From the IMG/VR virus record IMGVR_UViG_2695420475_000004: a stretch of 32,944 nt of DNA, one strand, 5' to 3'. This DNA comes from an uncultured virus (IMG/VR IMGVR_UViG_2695420475_000004) (taxonomy: Duplodnaviria; Heunggongvirae; Uroviricota; Caudoviricetes). Made by a program: the position numbers and the translations under genes. The notes beneath the pieces are model-generated. The model was not told the DNA's origin. It saw only the letters and a program-made list of their open reading frames with translations, and did no database searches. Positions 9,061-18,510 of the stretch are shown piece by piece (the first letter of the stretch is position 1; every line of letters starts with the position of its first letter).

Positions 9061-12000
9061 CAGCTCATCAGCTCCAACAATCCGGCGCGGACATTCTCGC
9101 CCGCTCGTGGGCCGCCATCGACGTTGATTTGCGCGGTCACGTACGTGGGGTTGCCGCTGGCACCGCCAGGGTTGCGTTCCAGCGCGGCGATCATGCGCTC
9201 GAAGAGGATGGTCTGTTGCGGCGATAGGACGCGCTCTGGCCGGATCGTGGCCTTGGGCATCATGCCGACACCGCGTGCGAGGCCGCCCTGATCGAATGAT
9301 CCGCCACCCAGGATGGCCAGCAGCGGCGCGAACAGGCCTGTCAAGCCGCCGCTGAGTGCACCGATGATGGCCAGCGGAATTTCGAGCGCCGCGGTGATCG
9401 GTGCGGCGATCAGGTTCTCCAGCAGCCCGCCACCGAAGATGGCGTTGACGATGTCCGGGAAGTAGCTTTGCAGCCCTTCGCCCAGCATGTCGATGATCAC
9501 CCCGGCCGCCTCGACGGCCAGCTGGCTGCCGATCTCGGCGATGATGTCCACGCCCGCCTGCCCGCCCGAGCTGATGAGAGCAGACACAATGCCGCCCGCG
9601 CCGGGTGCTTGGGTGTTGACCGCGGCGCCGGCCGCCGATGCTCCCGCTTGGATCGCGGCGTTGGCAACGGCTTTCGCGATCGGCACGATGACCTTCTCGA
9701 TGATGTACTTGATCAGCGCCTCGATCACGATCTTGAGGATCCGGATGCGTTCCTGTGCTGCTTCTTCCTCGCTGGTGGATGAGCGGTCGACGAGCGCGGA
9801 GGTGTCGTTCATCAGGCGTCCGCTGGCATCGAATGCTTCGAAGTCGCCGCGGAACTGGCGGAACTCGTCGGTCATCTCATTGAGGGTGTCTCGGGCTTCG
9901 ATCTCGACACCCAGCACCCGCAGCAGCACACGAACCAGCAGGTTGACGATGGCGCCCAGGATCGGGATCTGCGATACGCCAAAGAATTCCGCGCCCACCG
10001 TGTCGTTGACATTGACTCCGCCGCCGGTGGCGAACCCGCGCACACCACCGTGGCGGGCAAGGGCGGCCCGGAACGCGTAGACACCAGCGTGGCCACCCAT
10101 GCGGGCTACGTCGTCGGTGGTGAGCACGTGTTCGTTCGGCATGAGCAACGCCGGAACGGAATCCTTGCCCGGGATGCCGCCATACACTGGGCCGCCGGTG
10201 GCGAAGAGTGCGCCGGCGATGTTGCCGCCGATGCCTGCTGCAGCGCCCCCACCGCCGCCGTCGGCTGGGATCGCGCTGCGGACCGCATCGGCGATCGGTG
10301 GTGCAGCCGCCTGCCCCAGCGCGGTACCGATCTGCCCACTCACGCTGTCCTTCAAGCTCTCCAGAGCCGATTGCACACCCGCCTTGACAACCGGCTCCAG
10401 CGCTTCCTCGTTGAGTTTGGCGTTGGTCTGCTCGATGACATCGACGAGCTGTTCACGCATGGCGTTGAGTTGGGCGTTGACGCTGGTGAATGTCCGGTCA
10501 AGCAAGGCGCCCGTGTCGGAGAACATGCGTCCGCTGGCGTCGAAGGCCTTGCCGTCGTTGGTGGTGAGTTCTCCTGCGTCGCCGCCGGCGCGGGTGAAGT
10601 CCTCGACATTCAGGCCCATGGCCTTGGCAAGTGCCAGCGGGTTGCGTTCCTTGACGAGCTGATTGAGCTCGGTGTAGGTGGCGTTCTTCGTGTTCCAGGG
10701 CTCCTGGCCGAGCCCGGCCACTGCGCTCATGACGTCGCCTGCGACGTTTGACGCGGCAAGTCCACCCGACTGTGACAGCGCACCAAGCATTTGGTCACCC
10801 ATGCCGCGCATTTGGCCGTCGAAGTTGGTCACGTAGACCGGGACCACGCCGCTGCCCATGCCGGCCAGGCTGGGGGCACCGCCTGGCATCTGCAATCCGG
10901 GCATGCCCGTCGCGCCGGCGGCGACCTTGGCGTGGATGTGGTCCTGGTGTCCGGCGACGGTGGAGCTGTTGCCGTTGAAGTCTTCCCACTTGTCGCGCCA
11001 GATAGTCGAGTCCAGGCCCAGCGCAATGTAGTTGGCGCGCAACGCCGCGTTGATACGGTCGCCCAGTTCCTTGTTTTGGCCGACCATGATGTCCAAGGCG
11101 CGACCGCTCGGGTGATCAGAGATAGCGTCCTGGCGCACTCCCCCTATCTCGCGGACCTCGGGGAAGTTGGCAGCGATGAAGTCCCACAGCTGGTTTGCGC
11201 CTGGTTGCAGCCCTGCCTTGGAGCCCTTCGGGCCGCCGCCTGCCGGGAGCGCCGCGGTTGCGGTGCCGCTGGGAGCCGCTCCCCTGCCGAGCTTGTCCCG
11301 GAACGTCTGCAACGAGCTGATCAGCGCGCTGTTGCTCGAGTTCAGGGAGCCGGTGTATCCGCCGCCGCCGATGATCTGCTCGACCAGGGCGGCGATAGCG
11401 TCGTCTCCAAGGGCGCCCCGTTTCTTGTTCCGCGCGGTGGTGATCGCCCGGATGACCGGGTCATTGGCGTCCAGACCAGCACCGACGAGTTCGGCTGTCA
11501 GGTTGCCGCTCTTGGCGAACTTTGACAGCAGCGCCGCGTACTGCGCGTATCCGCCGGCACCCACACCACCGATTCCGCCGATACCGCGGGGCATGTAGGT
11601 GCTCGGGTCTTCGCCAATCCACTTCGCCGGGTCGCCTCCCAGGGCTTGAATCGCCGCCGCGGCGGCCTCGTAGCCGGGATTGCGCGCCTTGATCGGTGTG
11701 CCGAATGGCCCCATCCGTGCCGGCGAATTGCCGGTGGCCGATGCGACGCCGTCGGAGGCGATGGACTTGATGGCATCGGAGGTCGCGGGCAGCGGGCCTC
11801 CGCCCTTGCCGGCCAACAGGTCCCGGATTTGTCGCAGCACTCCGAGTTCGGTGTTGTCATCGACGCCAGGAATACCTGCCACCGCACCGACCACGCCGCC
11901 GTCGGCGTATCCCCGGCGGGATAGGCCGCTACGGAACCGGCTATTGATGGCGTAGATCGCTGACGCACCGCCCAGGCCGCGCACAGCCTCGGGGATGAGC

Positions 12001-14651
12001 ACGCCCTCGCCGCCGGACATCGGTACCAGCATGTTGTCGACACCGGGAGACCAACCGGGCAGCACGCCGCCGTCGGCGCGGCCAGGCGGCACCGCGGGAG
12101 TCATTCCCTGCGCCTGGATCATCATGGTGATCGTCTGCTGCTTGTACTTGAGGATGAACGCTTCGACCTGGGCTTGTGCCGCACTGGTGTTGGCCTTGAC
12201 CTGGATCTCGTTCTCCGAGACCTTGGTGATCTGGACATCCAGGGACTCAAGGTTTTTCATCACCTCGGGCGACGGGTCTTTGATCTTGACTTCACCTTCG
12301 GGCAGTGCCTGGATGTCCGATGCCAACTTCTGGACGTTGGCCTGTACCTCGGGCAACGCGCCGGCGCCGATCAACTGACCGAGGTTAGTTCCTTGCGGGG
12401 CGGGGACGTTTTGCCCGGTCGCGCCGGGTATCGGCAGGAACGTGGTCGGTTGTTTCTGTGGAGGTGGAGCAGGGGGCGGGAGCGTTGGTAGCGGGAAGGA
12501 GGGGGTGTACGGCGTCACGCCGCCCAGGTTCAGGCCGGGCAGTGGTTGACCGTCGGGACCGATCACCGTGCCGTTTGGGCCGATGCTGTACCCAGGAAGT
12601 TTGCCCGCCTGAATCTGCGCGAGCATGCCTTGCGACAGCGACGGTCCACGGTCGACCGGAAGCATCGTCTTGAGGTCGATGCCACTGGGGGAGATAACCG
12701 GCGGCGGTGGGTTGTCATGGTGTTCCTGCCACGACTTGTCCCACTCGGCTTTGCCTTCTTCCAGGCGCTTGCGAGAGAGCTCGAACAACGACACACCGGC
12801 ACCAATCATGGCGCCGAGCGCAGCACCCCACGGACCGCCCATCAGGCCACCGGCGAGGGCACCGCCACCGATGTTGGCGGCGAACCCTCCGGCCTGCGCC
12901 AACCCCGAATCCGAGTTGATCAAGCCGCCGCCGATCTGGAATGCCGCCGCGCCGATGCCCAGACCTGCCAGCGCCTTGTTGATTCCCCCTGCCGCTGTCC
13001 CTGCCTTCCCAGGTAAACCGTCCAGGGCCGACCCGATGCTGTTTATCCCGGTCAGAACCGAGGTAATGCCGGAGATCGTTCTCCACGCCAGGAATGCTGT
13101 GACGACACCGGAGATGCCGCCTGGCATCGAGTTGAGAAGGTCGGTAACCATTTTGAGGATCGGCAGCAGTACCGCGGTCCACTGCTTCATGCCGTCGTAA
13201 ACATCGCCCAGGAGGGAGGCGACGTTGCCCAGGATCGGCATCCACTGCTTGATCTGCTCGCGTCCCTCGGTGAAGAACTTGATCAGCTTCTCTTGGCCCT
13301 GGTCCGATGCCAGGAAGTCGGCCAGAGCGCCGGACCCGCCGTCCAGCGCGGACAACAGACCGCCGTCGCCGCCAGCGGCTTTGGTGATCGAGGCGATTAT
13401 CTTGCCGATATTCAGCAGCGTGTTGCCCAGATGGTCGGCACCCTCGATGCCTTCGGTGATCCATTTGTCGAGGTTGCCGTTCTCCACTGACCGGGTGATC
13501 CAGTTGTCGAATCGCTTTGTGACAGCGGTCAACCCGTCGGCGATACGCGGCAGGAAGTCGCTGCCCTCGGCGGTCAGTGTGCCGAAACCGTGGATCAGCG
13601 GTTCGATCGCCGCGTTGGCGCGGTTCTGCGCGTCGGCGGTGTTGCCGAACAGCTTGTCCAAGATTGACTGCGAGGAGTTCAGACCGCCGACGCGGCTCAG
13701 TTCCTTGAACGTGGCGTTCCATGCCTTCGAGATTCCGCCGAGGCCCTTCTCCAAGGTGGGCATCGATTTGTCGGTCAGTTCGGTGATGCTCTGATCGACG
13801 CCTTCGAACATGTTCTGCGCCACGATGTCGCGCTGCAGATGCTCCAGCTGAGGGCGCGCGGAAACTATGGCCTTGACGACGCCCTGGACCGCCGGGGCAA
13901 GGCCCTGCATTGCCTCGGCAGCCTTCTTGATGTCCTTCGGGTCGCCCGACTTCGCGGCCTCCCACGATGCCTTCACCGCGTCGGACAGGCCGTGGAACCC
14001 CAACACCGCGGTGCCGATCGACGAGACCATGCCGCCGATGACGCCCGGTACGATGAATCCGACCTGGACGAGCTGCTGGAGCGCCCCGGTGAGGTTGACG
14101 ACGGCCGTGGTCGCGGCCGGAAGGCTGCCCACACCAAGAGAAATCGCATTCAATCCCACGGGGCTGGAAAGGAAACCTCCCCTGCCGCCATGCCATCTGA
14201 CACCGCCGACAAAGCCGCCGCCCCCACCACCGCGGCCACCGCCGCCGCCTGGAGGTGGTCCGGCCGGGGTCGGTGCAGCTGCCGCAGCGATCCGCGCCGC
14301 CGTGTTCGCTTCCCACGCTGCTGTCTGCTTCTGGATGGCCCGGGTGGTCGCGTTGATCGACCGTGTCGAAACGCTCTCGCCAGCGCGCGCTTTGGCTGCC
14401 GACTTGGTGTGCTCGTCACCGATGTCCTCGACCGCTTCGGCAACGGCCCTGGCTGCAGCTATCTGCTTGGCGGAGGACTTTTCAGCCGCACGCGCGGCAG
14501 CGACATATTCACGCTCGATTCGATCAAGCTGCGCTTGAAGCCTCGCCATGGCGGGCCCCATGTGCTTTTGCACAGCAGCAGTGATCTCGTCGTCAAGGTT
14601 CGAACCGTCGATCGACAGATCAAGGCGAATCGAGCCGACGGGCGTGGTCAC
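9060..14651 (-). CDS. Tape measure protein, 1863 aa
   Basis: Longest ORF, Ala/Gly-rich and helical, with hydrophobic stretches and recurring (F/Y)AxGG...ExVL motifs. Lies between the chaperone and minor tail genes. Confidence 0.95.
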   Translation of the reverse strand: MTTPVGSIRLDLSIDGSNLDDEITAAVQKHMGPAMARLQAQLDRIEREYVAAARAAEKSSAKQIAAARAVAEAVEDIGDEHTKSAAKARAGESVSTRSINATTRAIQKQTAAWEANTAARIAAAAAPTPAGPPPGGGGGRGGGGGGFVGGVRWHGGRGGFLSSPVGLNAISLGVGSLPAATTAVVNLTGALQQLVQVGFIVPGVIGGMVSSIGTAVLGFHGLSDAVKASWEAAKSGDPKDIKKAAEAMQGLAPAVQGVVKAIVSARPQLEHLQRDIVAQNMFEGVDQSITELTDKSMPTLEKGLGGISKAWNATFKELSRVGGLNSSQSILDKLFGNTADAQNRANAAIEPLIHGFGTLTAEGSDFLPRIADGLTAVTKRFDNWITRSVENGNLDKWITEGIEGADHLGNTLLNIGKIIASITKAAGGDGGLLSALDGGSGALADFLASDQGQEKLIKFFTEGREQIKQWMPILGNVASLLGDVYDGMKQWTAVLLPILKMVTDLLNSMPGGISGVVTAFLAWRTISGITSVLTGINSIGSALDGLPGKAGTAAGGINKALAGLGIGAAAFQIGGGLINSDSGLAQAGGFAANIGGGALAGGLMGGPWGAALGAMIGAGVSLFELSRKRLEEGKAEWDKSWQEHHDNPPPPVISPSGIDLKTMLPVDRGPSLSQGMLAQIQAGKLPGYSIGPNGTVIGPDGQPLPGLNLGGVTPYTPSFPLPTLPPPAPPPQKQPTTFLPIPGATGQNVPAPQGTNLGQLIGAGALPEVQANVQKLASDIQALPEGEVKIKDPSPEVMKNLESLDVQITKVSENEIQVKANTSAAQAQVEAFILKYKQQTITMMIQAQGMTPAVPPGRADGGVLPGWSPGVDNMLVPMSGGEGVLIPEAVRGLGGASAIYAINSRFRSGLSRRGYADGGVVGAVAGIPGVDDNTELGVLRQIRDLLAGKGGGPLPATSDAIKSIASDGVASATGNSPARMGPFGTPIKARNPGYEAAAAAIQALGGDPAKWIGEDPSTYMPRGIGGIGGVGAGGYAQYAALLSKFAKSGNLTAELVGAGLDANDPVIRAITTARNKKRGALGDDAIAALVEQIIGGGGYTGSLNSSNSALISSLQTFRDKLGRGAAPSGTATAALPAGGGPKGSKAGLQPGANQLWDFIAANFPEVREIGGVRQDAISDHPSGRALDIMVGQNKELGDRINAALRANYIALGLDSTIWRDKWEDFNGNSSTVAGHQDHIHAKVAAGATGMPGLQMPGGAPSLAGMGSGVVPVYVTNFDGQMRGMGDQMLGALSQSGGLAASNVAGDVMSAVAGLGQEPWNTKNATYTELNQLVKERNPLALAKAMGLNVEDFTRAGGDAGELTTNDGKAFDASGRMFSDTGALLDRTFTSVNAQLNAMREQLVDVIEQTNAKLNEEALEPVVKAGVQSALESLKDSVSGQIGTALGQAAAPPIADAVRSAIPADGGGGGAAAGIGGNIAGALFATGGPVYGGIPGKDSVPALLMPNEHVLTTDDVARMGGHAGVYAFRAALARHGGVRGFATGGGVNVNDTVGAEFFGVSQIPILGAIVNLLVRVLLRVLGVEIEARDTLNEMTDEFRQFRGDFEAFDASGRLMNDTSALVDRSSTSEEEAAQERIRILKIVIEALIKYIIEKVIVPIAKAVANAAIQAGASAAGAAVNTQAPGAGGIVSALISSGGQAGVDIIAEIGSQLAVEAAGVIIDMLGEGLQSYFPDIVNAIFGGGLLENLIAAPITAALEIPLAIIGALSGGLTGLFAPLLAILGGGSFDQGGLARGVGMMPKATIRPERVLSPQQTILFERMIAALERNPGGASGNPTYVTAQINVDGGPRAGENVRAGLLELMS
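10926..11215 (-). other. Embedded LAS/M15-like zinc metallopeptidase (peptidoglycan hydrolase) domain in the tape measure
   Basis: GGVRQDAISDHPSGRALD (H-x6-D) followed by HQDHIH (H-x-H). Confidence 0.7.
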
Positions 14652-14657
14652 CGGCTC

Positions 14658-14676
14658 AAGCTAGCGAGGTGGGGTG
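14658..14676 (-). promoter_or_regulatory. Putative late promoter CACCCC-N7-TAGCTT, leaderless (tape measure)
   Basis: CACCCC ACCTCGC TAGCTT GAGCCG GTG fills the whole 25-bp gap after the chaperone stop. No SD. Confidence 0.72.
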
Positions 14677-15183
14677 CTACTTCTCGGCCTCGCTGTTCAC
14701 CGCTTCCGATGCCTTCGATACCTTTTCGAATTGCGTGACACCTTCGTTGAGCAGCGCGCCGATCAGCTCCCCGATGGTGTTGGCGTTGTATCCGGTGTCG
14801 TCCGGGTTCATCAACCGCGAGTAGACGTGCTCGTAGGTGTCTTCCGACAGATGCCGTGCGATGAACAGGCCGCTGATCTCGTTCTTCATCTTCGCCGGAA
14901 CGTACTTGCCCATTCCCAGCGATAGCGCCGACATTGCCTGTGGTGTGGGAACCCGGATTTCGAGTGTGTCGCCACCAAACTCCAGGAACTCGTGAGCCCA
15001 TCCGCTGGGCTTGGCTACCTCGGTACTGGCCCGGACCGCTGGCAGCACATCACCGTGGGCAGCTGGTTCAGTGACTACCTGCGTATTGGGTGCGATGGCA
15101 TCTTGTTCGATGGCGCTGGCCGCTGCCGGTTCGGCCGGTGCAGGGGCGGGCGGCTGGATGGGCTCCGAGGCGGGTGTGGTCAT
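14677..15183 (-). CDS. Tail assembly chaperone (168 aa)
   Basis: Immediately upstream of the tape measure. Start re-called to ATG 15183, 7 nt below the promoter motif. Confidence 0.7.
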   Translation of the reverse strand: MTTPASEPIQPPAPAPAEPAAASAIEQDAIAPNTQVVTEPAAHGDVLPAVRASTEVAKPSGWAHEFLEFGGDTLEIRVPTPQAMSALSLGMGKYVPAKMKNEISGLFIARHLSEDTYEHVYSRLMNPDDTGYNANTIGELIGALLNEGVTQFEKVSKASEAVNSEAEK

Positions 15184-15190
15184 GGCGCGT

Positions 15191-15209
15191 AGCGTGCCGA
15201 GCAGGGGTG
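15191..15209 (-). promoter_or_regulatory. Putative late promoter CACCCC-N7-CACGCT, leaderless
   Basis: CACCCC TGCTCGG CACGCT ACGCGCC ATG. Confidence 0.65.
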
Positions 15210-15215
15210 CAGCCG

Positions 15216-15240
15216 AACTATTCACTGGCAGTGAATAGTT
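15216..15240. repeat. Perfect 25-bp AT-rich palindrome AACTATTCACTG-G-CAGTGAATAGTT
   Basis: The 12-bp arms are exact reverse complements. Intergenic, between the stop at 15243 and the promoter motif at 15209. Confidence 0.9.
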
Positions 15241-15242
15241 GG

Positions 15243-15647
15243 TCAGCGTTCCCGCGATGCCACTCGCATTCCGGCGTTGCGCAGGAATGGTCGCGCCTTC
15301 GTTCCCGGGTGGTGCACCAGCTTTGCGAACACCGTGCGCCCGCCTATCTGGAACCGCAGCGCTTTGGCGTTGCGTGGCCGGATAAGGTGAGGCCGCGAGC
15401 CCTCGTGAACGTATACCGCGTAGCGGGCATTGTTGCCGACGCTGCCGGAAACCGTTCGGGGGCCGGTGAAACCGATGTGTCCCTCATTGACCTGGCGGCC
15501 GAGGTTGCCGGTGCGAACGGGGGCATCGACGCGTGCCTGGTTGGCGATACGGCGCTGCAAGGACGCCATCCGGCGCCGGCCGAAAGACCGGGTCTGGTCG
15601 TTGAGCTCCCGTTCGTGAAGCTCGAAGCGCCCTCTAACTCGCGCCAT
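15243..15647 (-). CDS. HK97 gp10-like neck/tail-completion protein (134 aa)
   Basis: APVRTGNL, YAVYVHEG and HPGTKARPFL motifs. Start re-called to ATG 15647 (MARVRGRF). Confidence 0.8.
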   Translation of the reverse strand: MARVRGRFELHERELNDQTRSFGRRRMASLQRRIANQARVDAPVRTGNLGRQVNEGHIGFTGPRTVSGSVGNNARYAVYVHEGSRPHLIRPRNAKALRFQIGGRTVFAKLVHHPGTKARPFLRNAGMRVASRER

Positions 15648-15981
15648 CAGGCTGCGTCTGCGGTGTGTCCGGATCGACGGTCGGAGACCGGCGCGCGCCG
15701 CGGACACGCCTGGCCGAGGTCTCCGTGTCGGCCTCGGTGTGCGGGCTGTCGGAAGCGGAATCCGGCTCGGTCTCCTCCGCTGATTCGGCTTGCGAGGCAC
15801 TTTCGCTGCTGACCTCGTCTCCGGGGGCAGCAGGTTCCTCGAGGCTGCCGTCCACCACGACGGCGCCACCGATCTGCACCAGCTTGCGGACCTCGTCGGT
15901 GACGGCCACTGTCTTGCGCACGCCCCGCCCCAGAACCGTGGTCGGTGTCAGGCTTCCCTCGATCGTGACGTAATGCCCCAC
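15634..15981 (-). CDS. Hypothetical virion-associated protein with acidic tail (115 aa)
   Basis: GAGAGGG upstream of GTG. Fills the gap between neck genes. Confidence 0.7.
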   Translation of the reverse strand: MGHYVTIEGSLTPTTVLGRGVRKTVAVTDEVRKLVQIGGAVVVDGSLEEPAAPGDEVSSESASQAESAEETEPDSASDSPHTEADTETSARRVRGARRSPTVDPDTPQTQPDGAS

Positions 15982-15994
15982 AGCGCACCCTCTC

Positions 15995-16537
15995 TCATAG
16001 CGACACGTAGGCCATACCGGTCCACGCGATCAGCCCGCCCTCGGGCCCTTGCGGCGCGATGGTATCGGTGGCTACTGCACGATCAGGCTTCGTCAGCGCG
16101 GTGGCCGCCAGACACAACGCCGTTTCGATCCGGAACGAGTCATCCAGGCTGACCTCGGCCTCCGATTCGAGCACCGGCCACTTCGGTTTGGCTGACATGT
16201 CCGCGCACCGTGCGATACCGATCTCGACCGCCAGGGCCCGCACCACATCAGCAGTCTTGCAACCCCGGGCGGCAACGTAGGCAGCAGGAAAATCACCGCG
16301 CCGGCTGCGGTATCGGCGATCTACCCGAACCCAGAGCAGCGGCTCTTTGCATCCCGCCGCCGGACCGTGCTCGGGATCCCAAACGGACAGCGGCAGCGGA
16401 CCGTCGCCGGCGAAGAACCGCACATCCTTGGAACCGCCACCAAGCGGCGGTTGGACCGAATCTGCCGGGTTGAACGCCTTTTTCATCGCGTTGATGAACT
16501 CGTTGACGATGTCGGAGGCTGGATCGTGGGGATTCAC
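15995..16537 (-). CDS. Putative tail terminator / neck protein (180 aa)
   Basis: GTGA overlap with the adaptor stop and GGAGG SD. Start MNPHDPASDIV. Function inferred from position. Confidence 0.65.
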   Translation of the reverse strand: MNPHDPASDIVNEFINAMKKAFNPADSVQPPLGGGSKDVRFFAGDGPLPLSVWDPEHGPAAGCKEPLLWVRVDRRYRSRRGDFPAAYVAARGCKTADVVRALAVEIGIARCADMSAKPKWPVLESEAEVSLDDSFRIETALCLAATALTKPDRAVATDTIAPQGPEGGLIAWTGMAYVSL

Positions 16538-17277
16538 AGCACCTCCGGTGCCTGCTGGAGTCGATGCGGATTGACCGCGGACAGCCACAGGTCCACCTCG
16601 CTTAGCCCCGTCTTGCCGGCGGCGAGGATCTTCGTCGGATCGAATTCGTGGCTCACGCCGCGGCGGGTGGTGGCCACCACGGTGCGCGGCAGGCGGCATG
16701 TGTCTTCGTCGTCGCAGGCGGCAACAAATTCGCGGGCCAGTTGGCCTACCAGTTTGTCGACGCCAGCTGGTACGGGGTTGCCGCGTGCGTAGGTCACCGA
16801 CCAGGTTCCGGGCTCCCCGAGCGGCCTGCCGAGATCTTGGCTAGGCCATGCACCGTTCTTGCGGTACAGGGCGTTTCCCTCCAACTGGTACCCGGAATCA
16901 TCAAGGACCGCGCCGTCGATCCTCACTTCAGTGATCGACGCGACCGGGCCCGGCAGATGCACCACCCGCGGGCCCGTGACCGAACAGCCCCCGATACAGC
17001 CACACGGCCAGCTCACCCATTGGCCGGCATCGAGTGTCAGAACGGTCGAGCTGTACCCGAATCCCTGCCCGTACGAACGGCAGGGCCGCGCTGTGGTCGC
17101 GCAGGCGCCGAACTGGCGGCCGGACAGCGCCCACAGCACGTGCACGGCAATATCTTCGGCGTTGCTCCGCCGAATCAGTTCCAGGTTGTGAGCCGCTTGT
17201 TCCTCCGCGGTCGGGCTGGTGCCGAGTTCGGGCAGCGGCGGCAGACAGCTCCGGTCGATCGGCCAATCGCAGGACAT
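16534..17277 (-). CDS. Head-to-tail adaptor (247 aa)
   Basis: LWALSGRQFGAC, LPGPVASITEV and TGLSEVDLWLSAVNP motifs typical of cluster-B-like adaptors. Start re-called to ATG 17277. Confidence 0.75.
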   Translation of the reverse strand: MSCDWPIDRSCLPPLPELGTSPTAEEQAAHNLELIRRSNAEDIAVHVLWALSGRQFGACATTARPCRSYGQGFGYSSTVLTLDAGQWVSWPCGCIGGCSVTGPRVVHLPGPVASITEVRIDGAVLDDSGYQLEGNALYRKNGAWPSQDLGRPLGEPGTWSVTYARGNPVPAGVDKLVGQLAREFVAACDDEDTCRLPRTVVATTRRGVSHEFDPTKILAAGKTGLSEVDLWLSAVNPHRLQQAPEVL

Positions 17278-17284
17278 AGGGCAC

Positions 17285-17303
17285 ACGGTAAGAGTCAGGG
17301 GTG
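17285..17303 (-). promoter_or_regulatory. Putative late promoter CACCCC-N7-TACCGT, leaderless
   Basis: CACCCC TGACTCT TACCGT GTGCCCT ATG, just downstream of a terminator-like hairpin. Confidence 0.75.
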
Positions 17304-17313
17304 CTGACACATG

Positions 17314-17348
17314 ACGAAACGCCCAGGGGCCGTGACACCCCGGGCGTT
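17314..17348 (-). terminator. Probable intrinsic terminator after the major tail gene
   Basis: GC-rich hairpin on the minus strand, AACGCCCGGGG...CCCCTGGGCGTT, running into TTTCGT, 16 nt past the stop. Confidence 0.6.
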
Positions 17349-17364
17349 CCGCTCGCCTGCTCCC

Positions 17365-18423
17365 CTATACCGGTGTGACGATGGCAGCACCACCAGTCAG
17401 GCCCGTGCTGTCGGCGCTAAGCGCCCCCAGAGCCGGGTCGAGCTTCACGGTGTAGCTGCCCGCCGTACCGGACACCTGGACCTGGCCCACCTCGACGTTG
17501 GGCAACGCCTCGATCGCCGACTGCACCGCCGCGGGCAGCGCGGTGGCCGCGATGTCGGCGGTCGGCTCAGTGCCGACCTTGGCCTTCCAGTTCCCGGTGC
17601 CGGTAACCGCGACGGTGTACGTCTTGGCCTTGCAGATCGGCTGCGGCGGAGCCACATCAGCGGCGTCCACACCGAAGTACGCCTTACCCGGACCGGTAAA
17701 GATCGACTGCACCGCCAGCTCGCACGCACCCTCGGTGGGCTCCGGCGGCGACACCGTGGTCCGGAACAAGATCAGGTGGTTGTCCGAGGGCTTGCTGTAC
17801 ATGGGAACCAGCAGACGCCCCGGTGTGCCGGCGGGGTCGATGGCTGCCACGTTGTACGGGCCCCGTCCCCACCGCTTGGGCGCGATCGTGCGACCCGTCA
17901 AGGTGAAGTTCGACGCCTCGGCGCCAACAGGAATTGCGCCCGAAACGAACTCATTGCCCGCAAAAGCGAGATAGCCGTACTGGCGTCCGGATGCCGCCGC
18001 GGAAAAGATCGAGTCATCCAGCGGCTCGGGGCAGTCGTCGTCGCCCTGGCCACCAGTCCAGATCTCGAACATGACGCCCGACTTGTCATCGACGGACTTG
18101 CTATCGATCACGCCGATCGGGTTGCCCTCATGGTCGAGCACCCGCGCCCAGCCGAGGATCAGCGACCACAGGTCCGGGTCAACGCCGCACAGCTGCAGTT
18201 CGGTATTCCACCAACGGCGTTCGGCCGGGGTGCGATCACTGATGCACTCCTTGCCCGAGGCGTTCTCTTGGGTGATCTCGTTGGCTTCCTTCATATTCGG
18301 GTCCAGATTGACCCGAATGAATCCCTCGGTGACGATGCAGTTGGCGTTGCCCTGGATGGGCAGACCGCACGAATCCACTTTGGTTACGCGGAGCGCATAG
18401 CCCTTAACGACTGCGAATGCCAT
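17365..18423 (-). CDS. Major tail protein with C-terminal Ig-like/decoration extension (352 aa)
   Basis: AGGAGG SD. RVTKVDSCG, LQLCGVDPDL and FEIWTG motifs of the cluster-B-like tail tube family. Confidence 0.85.
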   Translation of the reverse strand: MAFAVVKGYALRVTKVDSCGLPIQGNANCIVTEGFIRVNLDPNMKEANEITQENASGKECISDRTPAERRWWNTELQLCGVDPDLWSLILGWARVLDHEGNPIGVIDSKSVDDKSGVMFEIWTGGQGDDDCPEPLDDSIFSAAASGRQYGYLAFAGNEFVSGAIPVGAEASNFTLTGRTIAPKRWGRGPYNVAAIDPAGTPGRLLVPMYSKPSDNHLILFRTTVSPPEPTEGACELAVQSIFTGPGKAYFGVDAADVAPPQPICKAKTYTVAVTGTGNWKAKVGTEPTADIAATALPAAVQSAIEALPNVEVGQVQVSGTAGSYTVKLDPALGALSADSTGLTGGAAIVTPV

Positions 18424-18489
18424 GTGCTGGCTTCCTCCTGCTATCAGGCGCTTCGCGCCGGTCCATTACGTTTTCCGAGGCTGCGGCGA

Positions 18490-18508
18490 ACAGTAAAAGG
18501 GCGGGGTG
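18490..18508 (-). promoter_or_regulatory. Putative late promoter CACCCC-N7-TACTGT with about 60-nt SD-containing leader (major tail)
   Basis: CACCCC GCCCTTT TACTGT, 2 nt after the upstream stop. Confidence 0.7.
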
Positions 18509-18510
18509 CA

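Noticed and set aside
14648..14730. -1 frameshift at C GAA AAG in the chaperone giving a GT product
   Set aside because: It is not a canonical slippery heptamer, and the -1 frame stops at 14648, adding only about 10 residues beyond the normal end.
9468..14738. Numerous long plus-strand and alternate-frame ORFs over the tape measure and other structural genes
   Set aside because: These are shadow ORFs expected in high-GC coding DNA, with Arg/Pro-rich or antisense-patterned composition and no initiation signals.
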